This document shows positions 46,109-56,635 of a stretch of 64,000 bases of DNA, piece after piece. The stretch comes from Dehalococcoidia bacterium. Lineage in GTDB: Bacteria; Chloroflexota; Dehalococcoidia; Plut-88900. The notes below the pieces were generated by a model. It had not been told where the DNA came from. It ran no database searches and was given only the letters and a program-made list of their open reading frames with translations. Both the position numbers and the translations under genes were made by a program. Positions within the stretch are counted from its first letter, which is position 1; the number at the start of each line of letters is the position of its first letter. Where the stretch lies: positions 160,001 through 224,000 of the forward strand of contig OZ240219.1 in the NCBI GenBank assembly GCA_965197645.1. Direction: 5' to 3'.

Positions 46109-48703
46109 CTACCCCCTGGCGTCGAACCACCGGGCCAACTCGTCCCGGTTTGCTTCCAGCCACCTGGCATTTAGCCTTATCTTCTCCAACGACTGTTGGA
46201 CCGTTCTCTGAGCGGCCGGGGCCGGATGCTCACGGAAGAACTCCTCCACCTCTGTGGCCCGTTCCGCGGTCGTGAAGTCCTGAGTGGTGGAAACCAGACG
46301 CATAATCATGAAGCCGCCCTTGCCGTAACGCCGGTCCAACTCCGACCAGTGCTCCTTGATGAACTGCCAGGCCATGTCCCTTCCATGCCGGTTGGCCGCG
46401 GTGGCCACCATCGCCAACACGGAGTCTTGGGCCCGTACCTCATCGGTCATGGACCGCTCGAGAGTTTCCTGCAGCAACGACTGGTCCTTGGGACCGGTCA
46501 ACGCTGCCAGAAAACGCATCTTCTCCTCGTGCAGCGTGGCATTGTCATGGAGGTCCCAGAGAGTATCGTAGGTGGTACGATCGGCCTGGGATGCCACCAG
46601 CCGGAACACAATCCCCCTGAGGTCCGGGGCCAGCGACGCAGGATGTTCCAGATATCTATCGAACCGGGAGTTGGCTTCCGACAGTGTGTCGCTGTCCTCA
46701 TAGGAACCCATGCGGCCCAGCACCGTGCTCCTCAACAGGGCGTCCAGATGTCCTTCTCCGGCTTTTGGTTCCCATCCCATCCTATCGACCACAGGGCGAT
46801 ACAGCTCCCGCCCGAACTGGTGCAGCTTGGGCAGGGAGGGTTCGTCGGCCAGCAGGGTTCCCAGGGAGCGAAGGTTGGTGGAAAGATCGCTCCACACGGT
46901 TGCATCCGTCTCCTGGCTGTAGGCCTCGGCCAGCGCTAGGTAGACGGTCGCCGGTAGGAATCCGGCCTGCGCCAAGGCCCAGGCGTCACCCTGCAGGCCG
47001 AGGCGATCGGTGGCGGGCAGGGCCCCGCCCTCGACGGCTCTTCGAAGTCGTTGCCAGTCTTCCTTGGCATAGTTGACGCGGAAGAAGGCCGCCTGTCCGG
47101 CATTGACCTTGACCCACTCACCGGCAGCGCCAGCATCGATGGTCCTGGCGGACGTACGCTCGGTCATCAGGTGGGAATCTATCTCCGGTCCGGCCGCGCC
47201 TCTGATCCGTACCGGAGCATGCCAGAGGGTGGGGTCGTCTGTGGCGCCGGCCAAGTGTTCATACAGGAACCTGTTCTGAGTCAACTTCAGCTCGACCTGG
47301 GACCCGGAGCGTTCGGTCTCCACATCGATCACGGGGAAACCGGTCTGCTTGACCCACGAGTCCATAAGGGCCGTCACCGGCTGTCCCGATTCCTCGCTCA
47401 GAGCGTCCCACAGGTCTTTCGTCTTGGCGTTCTGGTAGGCGTGCGCGGAGAGATACCTGCGCAGGCCGCTGCGGAAGGTCTCCTCCCCCAGGTACTGCTC
47501 GATCATCCACAGGATGGAAGCGCCCTTGGCGTAGCTGATGGCATCGAAGAGCTCTCTGATCTCCGCGGGGTCCTTTACGTTAGCCTCGATGGGATGGGAG
47601 TTTCGGAGGGCGTCCAGCTCCATGCCGGAGTTGGTATCCTGGAAGAGGAACTGGGTCCACATGTTCCACTCGGGGTACAGGCTGTCCACCGCCTTGTTGC
47701 CTATCCAGGAGGCGAAACTCTCGTTGAGCCACAGATCGTCCCACCACTCCATAGTCACCAGGTCGCCGAACCACATGTGGGCCGTCTCATGAGCGATGAT
47801 TTCGGCGATTCGTTGCCGGGTGTTGGCGGCGGAGTTCTCGGGATCGAACAGGAGGGCGGTCTCCCGATAGGTTATCGCCCCCCAGTTCTCCATGGCGCCG
47901 GCGGCAAAGTCCGGTATTGCCAGATGGTCCAGCTTCTTCAGCGGGAAGGGGATGCCGAAGTAGTCGTTGAAGTAGGTGAGGATGCGGATGGCATCTTCGA
48001 GGGCGCTTCGGCCCAGCTCCTCCTTGCCCCTGGTGGCCCAGACCCGCACCAGGGTGCCGTCGGGTGCGGACCGCTCCACCGAGGCCAGATCGCCGACAAT
48101 GAAGGCCAGAAGGTATGTCGACATGACGGGCGTCTCGGCAAAGTGGACTGCCCTGTAGCCGTCGTCCTGGTCCGTCTCGCTAACGATGACGGTGTTGGAC
48201 ACGGCAACCGTGCCCTCGGGTATCACCAGGGTAACCTCAAAGGAGGCTTTGAAAGCCGGTTCATCCCAGCAGGGCAACGCCCGGCGAGCGTCCGTCGCCT
48301 CGAACTGGGTGGTGGCCAGATACCTCTCTTCCCCATCGACGTCGACGTAGCGGCTGCGGTAGAAGCCCCGTAGCTCGTCATTCAGCGTCCCTGTGAACTC
48401 CAGGGCAAGAGAGGCTTCCCCTGCCGGAAGTTCGGTATCGAAGGTGAAGGTGGCCCGCTCAGTGGACTCGTCGATTTGGATCTCCTGGGCCGTCAGATCG
48501 GTCCCGTCGGGCAGCGTCACCTTCGCCGAGGAGATATCCAGGGCCTCGGCGTTGAGGGTGATGGAGGATGTGGGCTCTGCGACCTCGAGCTCCACGGCCT
48601 CGCTCCCCTGGAATGTGAATGCCTCCAGGTCTGGTTTCAGGGTGAGGTTGTACTTCTTCGGTCGAACGTTGGTGGGTAATCGATAGGCGTTCTCTGCGAC
48701 CAT
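46109..48703 (-). CDS. pepN: M1 family aminopeptidase (puromycin-sensitive type)
   Basis: GAMENWG, HETAH-x18-E, YAKG, ERAP1-like C-terminus. Confidence 0.93.
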   Translation of the reverse strand: MVAENAYRLPTNVRPKKYNLTLKPDLEAFTFQGSEAVELEVAEPTSSITLNAEALDISSAKVTLPDGTDLTAQEIQIDESTERATFTFDTELPAGEASLALEFTGTLNDELRGFYRSRYVDVDGEERYLATTQFEATDARRALPCWDEPAFKASFEVTLVIPEGTVAVSNTVIVSETDQDDGYRAVHFAETPVMSTYLLAFIVGDLASVERSAPDGTLVRVWATRGKEELGRSALEDAIRILTYFNDYFGIPFPLKKLDHLAIPDFAAGAMENWGAITYRETALLFDPENSAANTRQRIAEIIAHETAHMWFGDLVTMEWWDDLWLNESFASWIGNKAVDSLYPEWNMWTQFLFQDTNSGMELDALRNSHPIEANVKDPAEIRELFDAISYAKGASILWMIEQYLGEETFRSGLRRYLSAHAYQNAKTKDLWDALSEESGQPVTALMDSWVKQTGFPVIDVETERSGSQVELKLTQNRFLYEHLAGATDDPTLWHAPVRIRGAAGPEIDSHLMTERTSARTIDAGAAGEWVKVNAGQAAFFRVNYAKEDWQRLRRAVEGGALPATDRLGLQGDAWALAQAGFLPATVYLALAEAYSQETDATVWSDLSTNLRSLGTLLADEPSLPKLHQFGRELYRPVVDRMGWEPKAGEGHLDALLRSTVLGRMGSYEDSDTLSEANSRFDRYLEHPASLAPDLRGIVFRLVASQADRTTYDTLWDLHDNATLHEEKMRFLAALTGPKDQSLLQETLERSMTDEVRAQDSVLAMVATAANRHGRDMAWQFIKEHWSELDRRYGKGGFMIMRLVSTTQDFTTAERATEVEEFFREHPAPAAQRTVQQSLEKIRLNARWLEANRDELARWFDARG

Positions 48704-48913
48704 GCTATGTCTCCCGGTTAAGAGTATCGGTCCACGTAATTGGCTGTTAGCATTGATGAGCGAGAGCAAGATACCACATTTCGAGTTGATTATCGTCCGA
48801 TTGACAGGCAGCCTGGGCGGCGGCTAGGATACCGAAGTCTTCACATCGATGTTCCATTGACCCTGTTTGGGGACTAAAACAGATCGATAGCAATAGCTAG
48901 GGAATAAGAGGGA

Positions 48914-49675
48914 ATGAGCAAGCTAATACAAAAGCTGGAACAGGCGATAAATCCACCGCCGAGACCGTTGGGTTTTGCCGCCTCTCGAGACGAAACCAAA
49001 GCGCCGTCCATGGTAACGATAGTCCGGAGCGACGCGGCCAACTCAAAACTGGCCGAAGGCGAATCAGACGCCTTCGATTCGGCAATGTTCTCTCTGGGCA
49101 ACGGTGAAGCAGACGGCCTGTCCAAACTCAAGGACGAGGTGGTGTGGGGACTGCAGCCCAGCAAAGTAGACCCGGCCGAGATGGAGTCCCTCAAGGAGGC
49201 CGGTTGCGACTATCTGGTCTTCGGCATCGAGGACACGCCCGGAGCAGTGTTCAACGAGGAGGGGATCGGCAAGGTATTGGCCGTAGAAACGACCCTCGAG
49301 GAACAGTACATGAGGGTATTGGAGGACACTCCTGCCGACGCCATCTTCATAACATCCGAACCCGAAGCAGAGGTCACCGTCAAGGGGCTGATGGCTTACA
49401 GATCGGTGATCGCGTACGTTACCAAGACGGTACTGGTTAGGGCCTCTCTGGACACGTCGGAGTCGGACCTGAAAGCGCTGCAGAATCTGGGTATCGCTGG
49501 GCTGGTGCTGGAGGTCCAGAGTGCGGCCGACGTAAAGAAGGCGTCCAAGTTGAAGGAGGCCATCGCCGCGCTGCCTCCCCGCCAGCCCGATGACAGAGAG
49601 GCGCCCAACACCATCATCTCTCGTACCACCCTCAGCCAACCTCCCTCCGAACCGATCCCCGACGAGGACGAGTAG
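48914..49675 (+). CDS. Hypothetical protein (possibly degenerate aldolase-like barrel)
   Basis: 253-aa ORF with host-like composition; fold is inference. Confidence 0.7.
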   Translation: MSKLIQKLEQAINPPPRPLGFAASRDETKAPSMVTIVRSDAANSKLAEGESDAFDSAMFSLGNGEADGLSKLKDEVVWGLQPSKVDPAEMESLKEAGCDYLVFGIEDTPGAVFNEEGIGKVLAVETTLEEQYMRVLEDTPADAIFITSEPEAEVTVKGLMAYRSVIAYVTKTVLVRASLDTSESDLKALQNLGIAGLVLEVQSAADVKKASKLKEAIAALPPRQPDDREAPNTIISRTTLSQPPSEPIPDEDE

Positions 49676-49705
49676 CCGCCCGCCTCCGGAAGGCTGACAA
49701 ATAAC

Positions 49706-49844
49706 GGGGTGTGCAGAGGGGCGAAGCCTCTATTCTGGAACTAGCTGCTGGAGGCCGGGAGCCTGAGGGTGTCCCTCAGAAACTATAACTGTTCCTTCTT
49801 CCTTCCGGGCTAGGGGGATGTCGTAAGGGTTCTCCGACACCCGG
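49706..49844. mobile_element. MITE family A copy (left end degenerate)
   Basis: Core GGGGTGTGCAGAGGGGCGAAGCCC...CTGAGGGTGTCCCTCAGA; right end TTCTCCGACACCCGG|CTAG abuts the MFS stop codon. Confidence 0.65.
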
Positions 49845-51143
49845 CTAGGCCAGCCGGCGTACCTGGGGCCGGAACAGGGCTACCGCTACTGTGCTTAGTA
49901 TGAGCATGCCGCCCGCCATGCTGACCGCTCCCGGCGCACCCAGGGCATCGGCGATGGCGCCTGCGGGCAGCACGCCAAGGGGCATCATTCCCCAGCTCAT
50001 CATGTAGATGCTCATCACCCGGCCCCTCATCCGGGCCTGGGTGTTGGCCAGGATCAGGGTGTTGTTCAGGGCCATGTAGCCCTGGCTTCCCATACCCACC
50101 ACGGTCAGGGCCGCCAGGGAAAGATAAAGTGTGGTGGATAGAGCGAACAGGTTGAGCGCCACGCCGAAGATAAGCAGCAGGACCAGCATCAGCAGCCCCT
50201 TCCGCCGGAAGTTGCCGAAGGAGGCGATACCAAGGGTGCCCGCCAGCGCCCCTACCCCGATGGCGCCCATCAAGAACCCGAGGCCCCGCGGTCCGGTGTC
50301 CAGAACGTCCCTGGCGAAGACCGGCAACAGCGGTTGATACGACATGGCGAAGACCACCGGTACGATGGCCAAGGTGAGCAGCCCCGATACCTGGGGACTG
50401 TTGCGCACGTAGCTGAGGCCTTCCTTGAGATCCCCGAACAGGGTCCTGCCTCCGCTGTCCCCGGTCCGTTTCTCCACCTGGACAAAAAACATGGACAGGA
50501 CGACAAAGGCGTAGCATCCCACGATGATGAAGTAGACCCCCTCCACGCCGAGAATCCCGACCAGGACACCTCCCACCGCCGGAGCCACCACCCGGTTCAT
50601 GTTCATTCCCGCTGCAGTCAGCGCGATGGCATTGGGCAGGTGCTCGGGGCTCACCAGCTCGGAGACGAGGCTCTGACGGCTGGGCATGTTGAAGGTGAAG
50701 ATGGTCCCGATGAGAAACGCGGCCACGAAGACGTGCCACATTTGGACCCGCTCGGTCAGTATCAGGATCGCCATTCCAAGACTGATCAGGCCTATCAACC
50801 CCTGGGTTACGGCCAGCACCTTTCGTTTATCCACCCTGTCGGACATGACGCCGCCGAACAGGGAGAACAGCAGGATGGGGAGACCGTGGCAGGAGTAGAC
50901 CAGGCCCAGGTGCAGAGCGGAGCCGTTCAGGTTATCAACCACCAGCCAACCTCTGGCCAGTAACTGCATCTGCATCCCGGCGAAGGAGAACAGCATCCCC
51001 AGCCAGAACCACCTGAACTTCGGCTCGCTCAGGGACTCGAATGTGTGAATCTTGGAACGGAGACGGCGGCTTCTTGCGGCGGTGGAAGAAGCTGTGGATC
51101 GGTCAGGATCGATGGTCTCTTTGACGCTGAGCGGCTTACTCAA
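49845..51143 (-). CDS. MFS transporter (MFS_3/EntS-like)
   Basis: GGVMSDRVDKR, PSRQSLV, MRGRVMS; about 12 TM. Confidence 0.92.
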   Translation of the reverse strand: MSKPLSVKETIDPDRSTASSTAARSRRLRSKIHTFESLSEPKFRWFWLGMLFSFAGMQMQLLARGWLVVDNLNGSALHLGLVYSCHGLPILLFSLFGGVMSDRVDKRKVLAVTQGLIGLISLGMAILILTERVQMWHVFVAAFLIGTIFTFNMPSRQSLVSELVSPEHLPNAIALTAAGMNMNRVVAPAVGGVLVGILGVEGVYFIIVGCYAFVVLSMFFVQVEKRTGDSGGRTLFGDLKEGLSYVRNSPQVSGLLTLAIVPVVFAMSYQPLLPVFARDVLDTGPRGLGFLMGAIGVGALAGTLGIASFGNFRRKGLLMLVLLLIFGVALNLFALSTTLYLSLAALTVVGMGSQGYMALNNTLILANTQARMRGRVMSIYMMSWGMMPLGVLPAGAIADALGAPGAVSMAGGMLILSTVAVALFRPQVRRLA

Positions 51144-51233
51144 GCGTCAGACCATGTGGCAACTGTCCTTCCGACATGATTTCAAGCCTATGCCTATTGA
51201 CCGCCGCCGTCAAACAGTGCCAAGCTACCGGTG

Positions 51234-51242
51234 TGCTATAAT
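51234..51242 (+). promoter_or_regulatory. Extended -10 promoter for tyrA-aroA-remA-gmk
   Basis: TGCTATAAT 36 nt upstream of tyrA. Confidence 0.55.
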
Positions 51243-51278
51243 CGGTTGCATCCACACGCAGCGTCGCTTGAGTAGAAA

Positions 51279-52316
51279 ATGCAGCAGATATCGATCATTG
51301 GACTGGGACTGATAGGCGGGTCTCTGGGTATGGCCCTCAAGAGTGCGGGCATGTCCGAGATCGAGATAGTCGGCCACGACGAGAACTGGAGGACCCTCTC
51401 CCGCGCAGAGAAGCTGCAGGCTATAGATCGGGGCGAACGGGAGCTGCACGTGGCGGTGCGGGGCGCCGACCTGATCATCATCGCTACCCCGATCCTCGCC
51501 GTTAAACAGGTCCTGCAGGACATTTCCCAGCAGCTTAAGGCCGATTGCGTGGTGACCGATACGGGAAGCACCAAGTCCCAGGTAGCGGCATGGGCTGACG
51601 AGTACCTACCCTCTTCCGTGGACTTCGTCGGCGGCCATCCGATGGCGGGCAAGGAGTACTCCGGCATAGAGGAGGCCGACCCGGACCTGTTCGTGGACGC
51701 CACCTACTGCTTGATCCCTTTGATCAAGACCTCCGGCAGAGCCGTCGAAATAGTGAGTGGTCTTGTCGAGAAGGTCGGAGCAATCCCGTATTACCCCAGC
51801 GCCGAAGAGCACGATGCCCTGGCCGCCGCGGTCAGCCACGTCCCGCTGGTGATGTCGTCGGCGTTGATATCGGCTACCTCCGAGTCGGCTTCGTGGCGAG
51901 AGCTATACACCATGGCCTCCAGCGGATTTCGGGACGTCACCCGGCTGGCTTCCTCCGATCCGATCATGGCCACCGATATCTGCATGACCAACGGCGAGGC
52001 TATCGGCCACTGGATAGACAGGATCATCCAGGAGCTTGAGCAGTACAAGAAGATGATCGGAGATGGCTCTACCGAGCTTCAGGACAACCTCATCAGCACC
52101 CAGACCGTCAGGGACAGGTGGGTCAATGGAGAGGACGTCTGGCCCCAGAAGGCCGGCCCGGAAGTTCCCGGCTTCAAGGACCAGATGACCGCCATGTTCC
52201 TCGGAGAGGCGCTGGCCAAGCGCACCAAGCAGATCCTGGATGTCCAGAGGCATCGTATGAATAATATGAGGATGCCCAAGTTCGATCCCGAGCAGGACGG
52301 AGACAAGAAGAAATGA
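51279..52316 (+). CDS. tyrA: Prephenate/arogenate dehydrogenase
   Basis: GLGLIGGS, DTGSTK, GGHPMAGKE, HD, SHVP, FRDVTRLA. Confidence 0.93.
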   Translation: MQQISIIGLGLIGGSLGMALKSAGMSEIEIVGHDENWRTLSRAEKLQAIDRGERELHVAVRGADLIIIATPILAVKQVLQDISQQLKADCVVTDTGSTKSQVAAWADEYLPSSVDFVGGHPMAGKEYSGIEEADPDLFVDATYCLIPLIKTSGRAVEIVSGLVEKVGAIPYYPSAEEHDALAAAVSHVPLVMSSALISATSESASWRELYTMASSGFRDVTRLASSDPIMATDICMTNGEAIGHWIDRIIQELEQYKKMIGDGSTELQDNLISTQTVRDRWVNGEDVWPQKAGPEVPGFKDQMTAMFLGEALAKRTKQILDVQRHRMNNMRMPKFDPEQDGDKKK

Positions 52317-53605
52317 CCCGCCTGGTGAGACCCGCTCCGGGCCTCGCCGGTACAGTCGAGCCTCCGGGCGACAAGAGCATCTCTCACAGGGCCGTTATCC
52401 TCAACGCCATCGCCCACGGTGAGTCTCGGATAAGCAACTTCCTTCCCGCCGCCGATACCCTATCCACTATCAGCTGTCTCCAATCCCTGGGGGTGCAGTT
52501 CGAGGGCATCGATCTCGAAGCCGGAACTCTAACGGTCCGAGGCAACGGCATCGAAGGCCTCCACGAACCGGACCGGGTGCTGGACGCCGGAAACAGCGGC
52601 ACGACGATCCGGCTGCTGAGCGGTCTCCTCGCAGCGAGCCCCTTTTTCACCGTCATATCCGGAGATTCATCGCTCAACTCCCGGCCAATGGAGCGCCTTG
52701 TAAGACCGTTGCGGCAGATGGGGGCCGAGATTTGGGGTAGGAACCGCGGCGAAAAGGCCCCTCTTTCCATCAGCGGAGGGCAGCTGTCCGGTGTGGAGTA
52801 CTCGATGCCGGTAGCCAGTGCTCAGCTCAAATCGGCCCTGCTCATCGCCGGTCTGTTCGCCCGTGGGAACACTATCATCCACCAGCCTGCGCCGTCCCGA
52901 GACCATACCGACAGATTGGTCCGGTCCATGGGGGTCCGGGTTGCCAACGACAACGGCAGCCTTATCGTCCATCCCGGCCCCTTGACGTCCGTAGACGTTC
53001 AGGTTCCAGGCGACATCAGCTCCGCGGCCTACTGGCTTGTGGCGGGCACCATTCATCCGAATGCTAAAATCAGGGTGGTCCGTTCGGGGGTCAATCCCTC
53101 CAGGACCGGCATAATCGATGTGCTGCGAGCGATGGGAGCCAGGCTGCTGATCGGTCAGCCGTCAGTCAAGGGAGGGGAACCGACGGCCGACATTCAGGCG
53201 GAGAGCAGCGAGCTAGAGGGCGTCGAAATAGGAGGCGACCTGATCCCCAGGATCATCGACGAGCTTCCCCTGCTGGCCCTCGCCGCAACCCAGGCCAGGG
53301 GGAAGACTGTGATTCGAGACGCCGAAGAGCTTCGGGTCAAAGAGTCGGACAGGATCCAGTCCACGGCCCGTGAACTCTCCAAGCTGGGTGCGTGCATAGA
53401 GGAGACGCCCGACGGTATGATCATCCAGGGGCCTACCCCTCTGTCAGGAGGCCGGTGCGATAGCCACGGCGACCACCGGCTTGCCATGACCCTCGGGATC
53501 GCGGGCCTTATCTCCAAAGAGCCCGTCACCATAGAAAACCCTGATGCGGTGAACATCTCCTACCCGGACTTCTGGGACGAATTGGACAAGATGAGGGCGG
53601 CGTGA
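52313..53605 (+). CDS. aroA: EPSP synthase (class II)
   Basis: GDKSISHR, GNSGTT, SAQLKS, KESDRI, DHRLAM. Confidence 0.97.
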   Translation: MTRLVRPAPGLAGTVEPPGDKSISHRAVILNAIAHGESRISNFLPAADTLSTISCLQSLGVQFEGIDLEAGTLTVRGNGIEGLHEPDRVLDAGNSGTTIRLLSGLLAASPFFTVISGDSSLNSRPMERLVRPLRQMGAEIWGRNRGEKAPLSISGGQLSGVEYSMPVASAQLKSALLIAGLFARGNTIIHQPAPSRDHTDRLVRSMGVRVANDNGSLIVHPGPLTSVDVQVPGDISSAAYWLVAGTIHPNAKIRVVRSGVNPSRTGIIDVLRAMGARLLIGQPSVKGGEPTADIQAESSELEGVEIGGDLIPRIIDELPLLALAATQARGKTVIRDAEELRVKESDRIQSTARELSKLGACIEETPDGMIIQGPTPLSGGRCDSHGDHRLAMTLGIAGLISKEPVTIENPDAVNISYPDFWDELDKMRAA

Positions 53606-53606
53606 G

Positions 53607-53882
53607 ATGCCGGAGCCGCTCCTCCACATCGGATTTCGGAACTACGTGCCCACGGGTAGGATAATAGCGGTGATGTCGCCCGATTCGTCACCTGTGAGAC
53701 GAATGATCCAGCAGGCCAAGGGCGAGCGGCTGATAGTAGATATGACCAGGGGAAGAAAGACCAAGACAGTGCTGGTGATGGACAGCGGACACGTCGTGCT
53801 GGCAGCCGTCGCCACCGAGACCATCGCCGGCAGGATGGCCAACCATCGTACGGCCCAAAGGACGACAAATGACCGGGAATGA
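53607..53882 (+). CDS. remA: DUF370/RemA family protein
   Basis: HIGFRNYV...SPDSSPVRR...DMTRGRKTK; usual position upstream of gmk. Confidence 0.88.
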   Translation: MPEPLLHIGFRNYVPTGRIIAVMSPDSSPVRRMIQQAKGERLIVDMTRGRKTKTVLVMDSGHVVLAAVATETIAGRMANHRTAQRTTNDRE

Positions 53883-54498
53883 GACGAAGAGTGATCAGGA
53901 GGGCGCCGAGTCTCCTCTGCTCCTAGTCCTGTCGGGGCCGTCCGGGGTGGGAAAGGACACGGTGATGTCCATGCTGCTCGACGCGGACACCCGCCTGCGA
54001 AGGGTCACGACGGTCACCACCCGGACCGTCAGACCGGGCGAGGTGGAAGGCCAGGACTACTTCTTCGTTTCGATGGAGCGCTTCGAGGGGATGGTCCAGG
54101 ACGGCGACCTGCTGGAGCACGCCCTGGTCTACGGACAACGGTACGGTGTGCCCAGGGAGCAGGTGTCGAGCATCCTGGACCAGGGGTTCGATGCCCTCTT
54201 GCACACGGATGTCCAGGGAGCGGCTACCATCAAGCAGCTGGCCCCGGAGGGTCTGTTCATCTTTCTCGCTCCCGCCTCGATCAAAGAGCTATCGCTGCGA
54301 CTCCAGATGCGTCATGGCGGACCTGGTGAAGACAACGAGCACCGGCTGATCATGGCCCGCAAGGAGATGGAGTCTCGGAGTATGTTCGACCACGTGGTGA
54401 CCAATCTAGAGGGCGAATTGGAACGTACAGTCGCCGAGATACGGTCGATCCTGGACTCGGAGCGAAACCGGCGGCCACCCAGGCAGGTGACGTTGTAA
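53869..54498 (+). CDS. gmk: Guanylate kinase
   Basis: GPSGVGKDT, TTR..RPGE, YG, DVQGA. Confidence 0.95.
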   Translation: MTGNETKSDQEGAESPLLLVLSGPSGVGKDTVMSMLLDADTRLRRVTTVTTRTVRPGEVEGQDYFFVSMERFEGMVQDGDLLEHALVYGQRYGVPREQVSSILDQGFDALLHTDVQGAATIKQLAPEGLFIFLAPASIKELSLRLQMRHGGPGEDNEHRLIMARKEMESRSMFDHVVTNLEGELERTVAEIRSILDSERNRRPPRQVTL

Positions 54499-54532
54499 GG
54501 TTGTGAAGTGGAGGAGCGCAGGACAGGACTGA

Positions 54533-54631
54533 TGGCGGGAGCGGGAGGGAGTCGAACCCACCGTGGACGCCGAAGGGAGCCCACCGGACGGATTTGAAGT
54601 CCGCGGAGCCCACCGGGACCCATCCGCTCCC
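54533..54631 (-). tRNA. selC: tRNA-Sec (UCA)
   Basis: 99 nt; 8-bp acceptor GGGAGCGG/CCGCTCCC, G discriminator, CCA; anticodon loop CTTCAAA; long variable arm; GTTCGACT. Confidence 0.93.
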
Positions 54632-54700
54632 AAACCGGGGAAGCGCCGATAGATTCTAACACAGAGACCCCGGAATGACGGTCATCAGTCCAAGTCGACA

Positions 54701-54743
54701 GAAAAAGGCCGGGAGGAGGAGAGCTTCCTCGGTTCCCGGCCTT
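54701..54743 (-). terminator. Rho-independent terminator after trxA
   Basis: AAGGCCGGGA...TCCCGGCCTT stem with a T-tract on the minus strand. Confidence 0.6.
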
Positions 54744-54767
54744 CTTACTGTTCCGGTTTACGTCGGA

Positions 54768-55094
54768 CTAGCTCAAAAGGGCGTCGACCCGCTTCTTGAG
54801 CTCCTTCTTGGGGACTGCACCCACAACCGTATCGGCTATCTCGCCGTCTTTGAACAGCAAGATGGTTGGGATGCTTCTGATCCTGTACTGCATAGTAATG
54901 TTCGGCGCCTCGTCGACGTTGAGCTTGGTGAATACCATCTGGCCGTCATACTCCTGGGACAGCTCCTCGACGATGGGCGCTACCATGCGGCAAGGACCGC
55001 ACCAGGGCGCCCAAAAGTCCACCAGCGCGGGCTTGGCGGAATCCACAACCTCCACCTGAAAGGTGTCGTCCCCTACCTCAAAAGGCTCTGCCAT
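54768..55094 (-). CDS. trxA: Thioredoxin
   Basis: WAPWCGPC, SIPT. Confidence 0.97.
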   Translation of the reverse strand: MAEPFEVGDDTFQVEVVDSAKPALVDFWAPWCGPCRMVAPIVEELSQEYDGQMVFTKLNVDEAPNITMQYRIRSIPTILLFKDGEIADTVVGAVPKKELKKRVDALLS

Positions 55095-55166
55095 GAAGAC
55101 CTCCCTGTAACTACTCTCGAATGGGTGAATACTGTACCAATTATAACACCTCGACGGAAGGGGACG

Positions 55167-56579
55167 TTAGTACCCTGGGAAGGAAGTCAGGACCGTATCG
55201 ACGGCTTCGCCGGTCTGTCCGATGATCACAAGCACACGATCTTCGAGCCTGCTCAGATAGACGTTGTTGTCCGCCGCCTCCCACCACCGACGCTGAGCAT
55301 CCCCCAGGCCCAACGTCCATTCGCCGACGCTCTTACTATCGATGTACTCGGCGTAGGCTTGGAAGAACTGGATAGCGTCGGTCTCGGTGTCCCACGCCGA
55401 TAGGATTGTCAGCAGCCGCTCGCCGGTCGATTCATCCTGTACCAGCCGATACCGATCACCTCCCCAGCCCTCGCTCGCCCTGGAGGCCTGGAAAGGGCTC
55501 AACTGGTTCTCGAGATAGATGGTCAACACGAACTCGCCGAGCACCCCGGCATCCAGCAGCGTCCATGTTTCGCCAAGTGTTGGCGCCAGCTCGGGGACGG
55601 AGACCGATATGGGGGCGTCTCGTTCTATGTATTTCTCCGGATGGAGTATCTGCTCCGTAGACTGGGGAGGGTCCTGATAGGCTGCGTCTACAGCTTCCCA
55701 GCTACCGCCTTGGAACAGGGCGTATACGAACTCCGATCCTTGTACATAGGGAAAGGCTAATTCCTCCCGCAGGATCCTGGCCGGTTCTTCGAAGGCAGTG
55801 TCGGCCTGCGTTGGCACTCGCTCCTCCCAAGTCAAGTGCTTCCTGATGTAATCCCAGGTCAACAGAGACGCATCTCCCTCGACTAGGGCGCGCCTGGCTT
55901 GGTCCATATCGTAGTTGTCACTGTCTTCGGGCAGGAAGAGGTCCAGATCGAAGTGCTGGTCCTGGAGCCCGTGGACCAGCTCGTGAGCGAAGGTGGACTT
56001 GGAGTTGAAGTCCAGCTGTGGGCCGTCGTTGGATACGAACATCTCCTCCGTGCCGTCATCGTAGAAGCCCACCACCTGTCCGGAATAGAGATCTGAGACC
56101 ATCTGAAATAGGTCGTCGTCTTCATCGAGGAAATCGAGGGCGAGGTACAGCTGCTGGAGGATGGCCGCGTCTTCGGCGGTGAACCACTTGGCGATAATCT
56201 CCTCTATCAGGTCGGCAAGCTCTTCGCTGGTCACGAGATTGATGAGCGGGTCTTCCAGGACCTCAAGGCCGCGCAACTCGGACACCTGAGCCGTTATCAA
56301 CTTCAGCTCCGCTTCCACCCGAGCGTCCGGGTCCACCGGAGGGCCTTCACCCCACGGGCCCGGGGTGGGCGTGGGAGTCGGTACAGGGGTGGGCGTTTCT
56401 GTTGGAAATGGGATGTGAGGCTCCTGTTGCTGGGTTGCCGTTGTCGGGATCGGAGTGGGAGACGACGCGGGTTGAGTGGAAAGGGGTGTAACAGTGGGGT
56501 CCGCGTTCTGATCTGACCCACAGGACGTCAGCACCAGTAGAGCCGCCATCAGCAACGATATTGCTACGATGAATTTCAA
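55167..56579 (-). CDS. Surface lipoprotein with HExxH zincin-like motif
   Basis: Lipobox LTSC, PT linker, GFYD, HELVH, EGDA, FPYVQG, PPQSTEQILHPEKY, GWGGD. Confidence 0.8.
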   Translation of the reverse strand: MKFIVAISLLMAALLVLTSCGSDQNADPTVTPLSTQPASSPTPIPTTATQQQEPHIPFPTETPTPVPTPTPTPGPWGEGPPVDPDARVEAELKLITAQVSELRGLEVLEDPLINLVTSEELADLIEEIIAKWFTAEDAAILQQLYLALDFLDEDDDLFQMVSDLYSGQVVGFYDDGTEEMFVSNDGPQLDFNSKSTFAHELVHGLQDQHFDLDLFLPEDSDNYDMDQARRALVEGDASLLTWDYIRKHLTWEERVPTQADTAFEEPARILREELAFPYVQGSEFVYALFQGGSWEAVDAAYQDPPQSTEQILHPEKYIERDAPISVSVPELAPTLGETWTLLDAGVLGEFVLTIYLENQLSPFQASRASEGWGGDRYRLVQDESTGERLLTILSAWDTETDAIQFFQAYAEYIDSKSVGEWTLGLGDAQRRWWEAADNNVYLSRLEDRVLVIIGQTGEAVDTVLTSFPGY

Positions 56580-56635
56580 GGCGATCTAGCTATTCCTTCA
56601 AATATAACAACGCTGATCGGCCGCCGAGGAAAGGA

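Noticed and set aside
51141-51155. ATG-GTC-TGA in frame with the MFS TTG start, as a possible Sec readthrough
   Set aside because: Non-catalytic position in a transporter N-tail, and no convincing SECIS recognised; probably chance.
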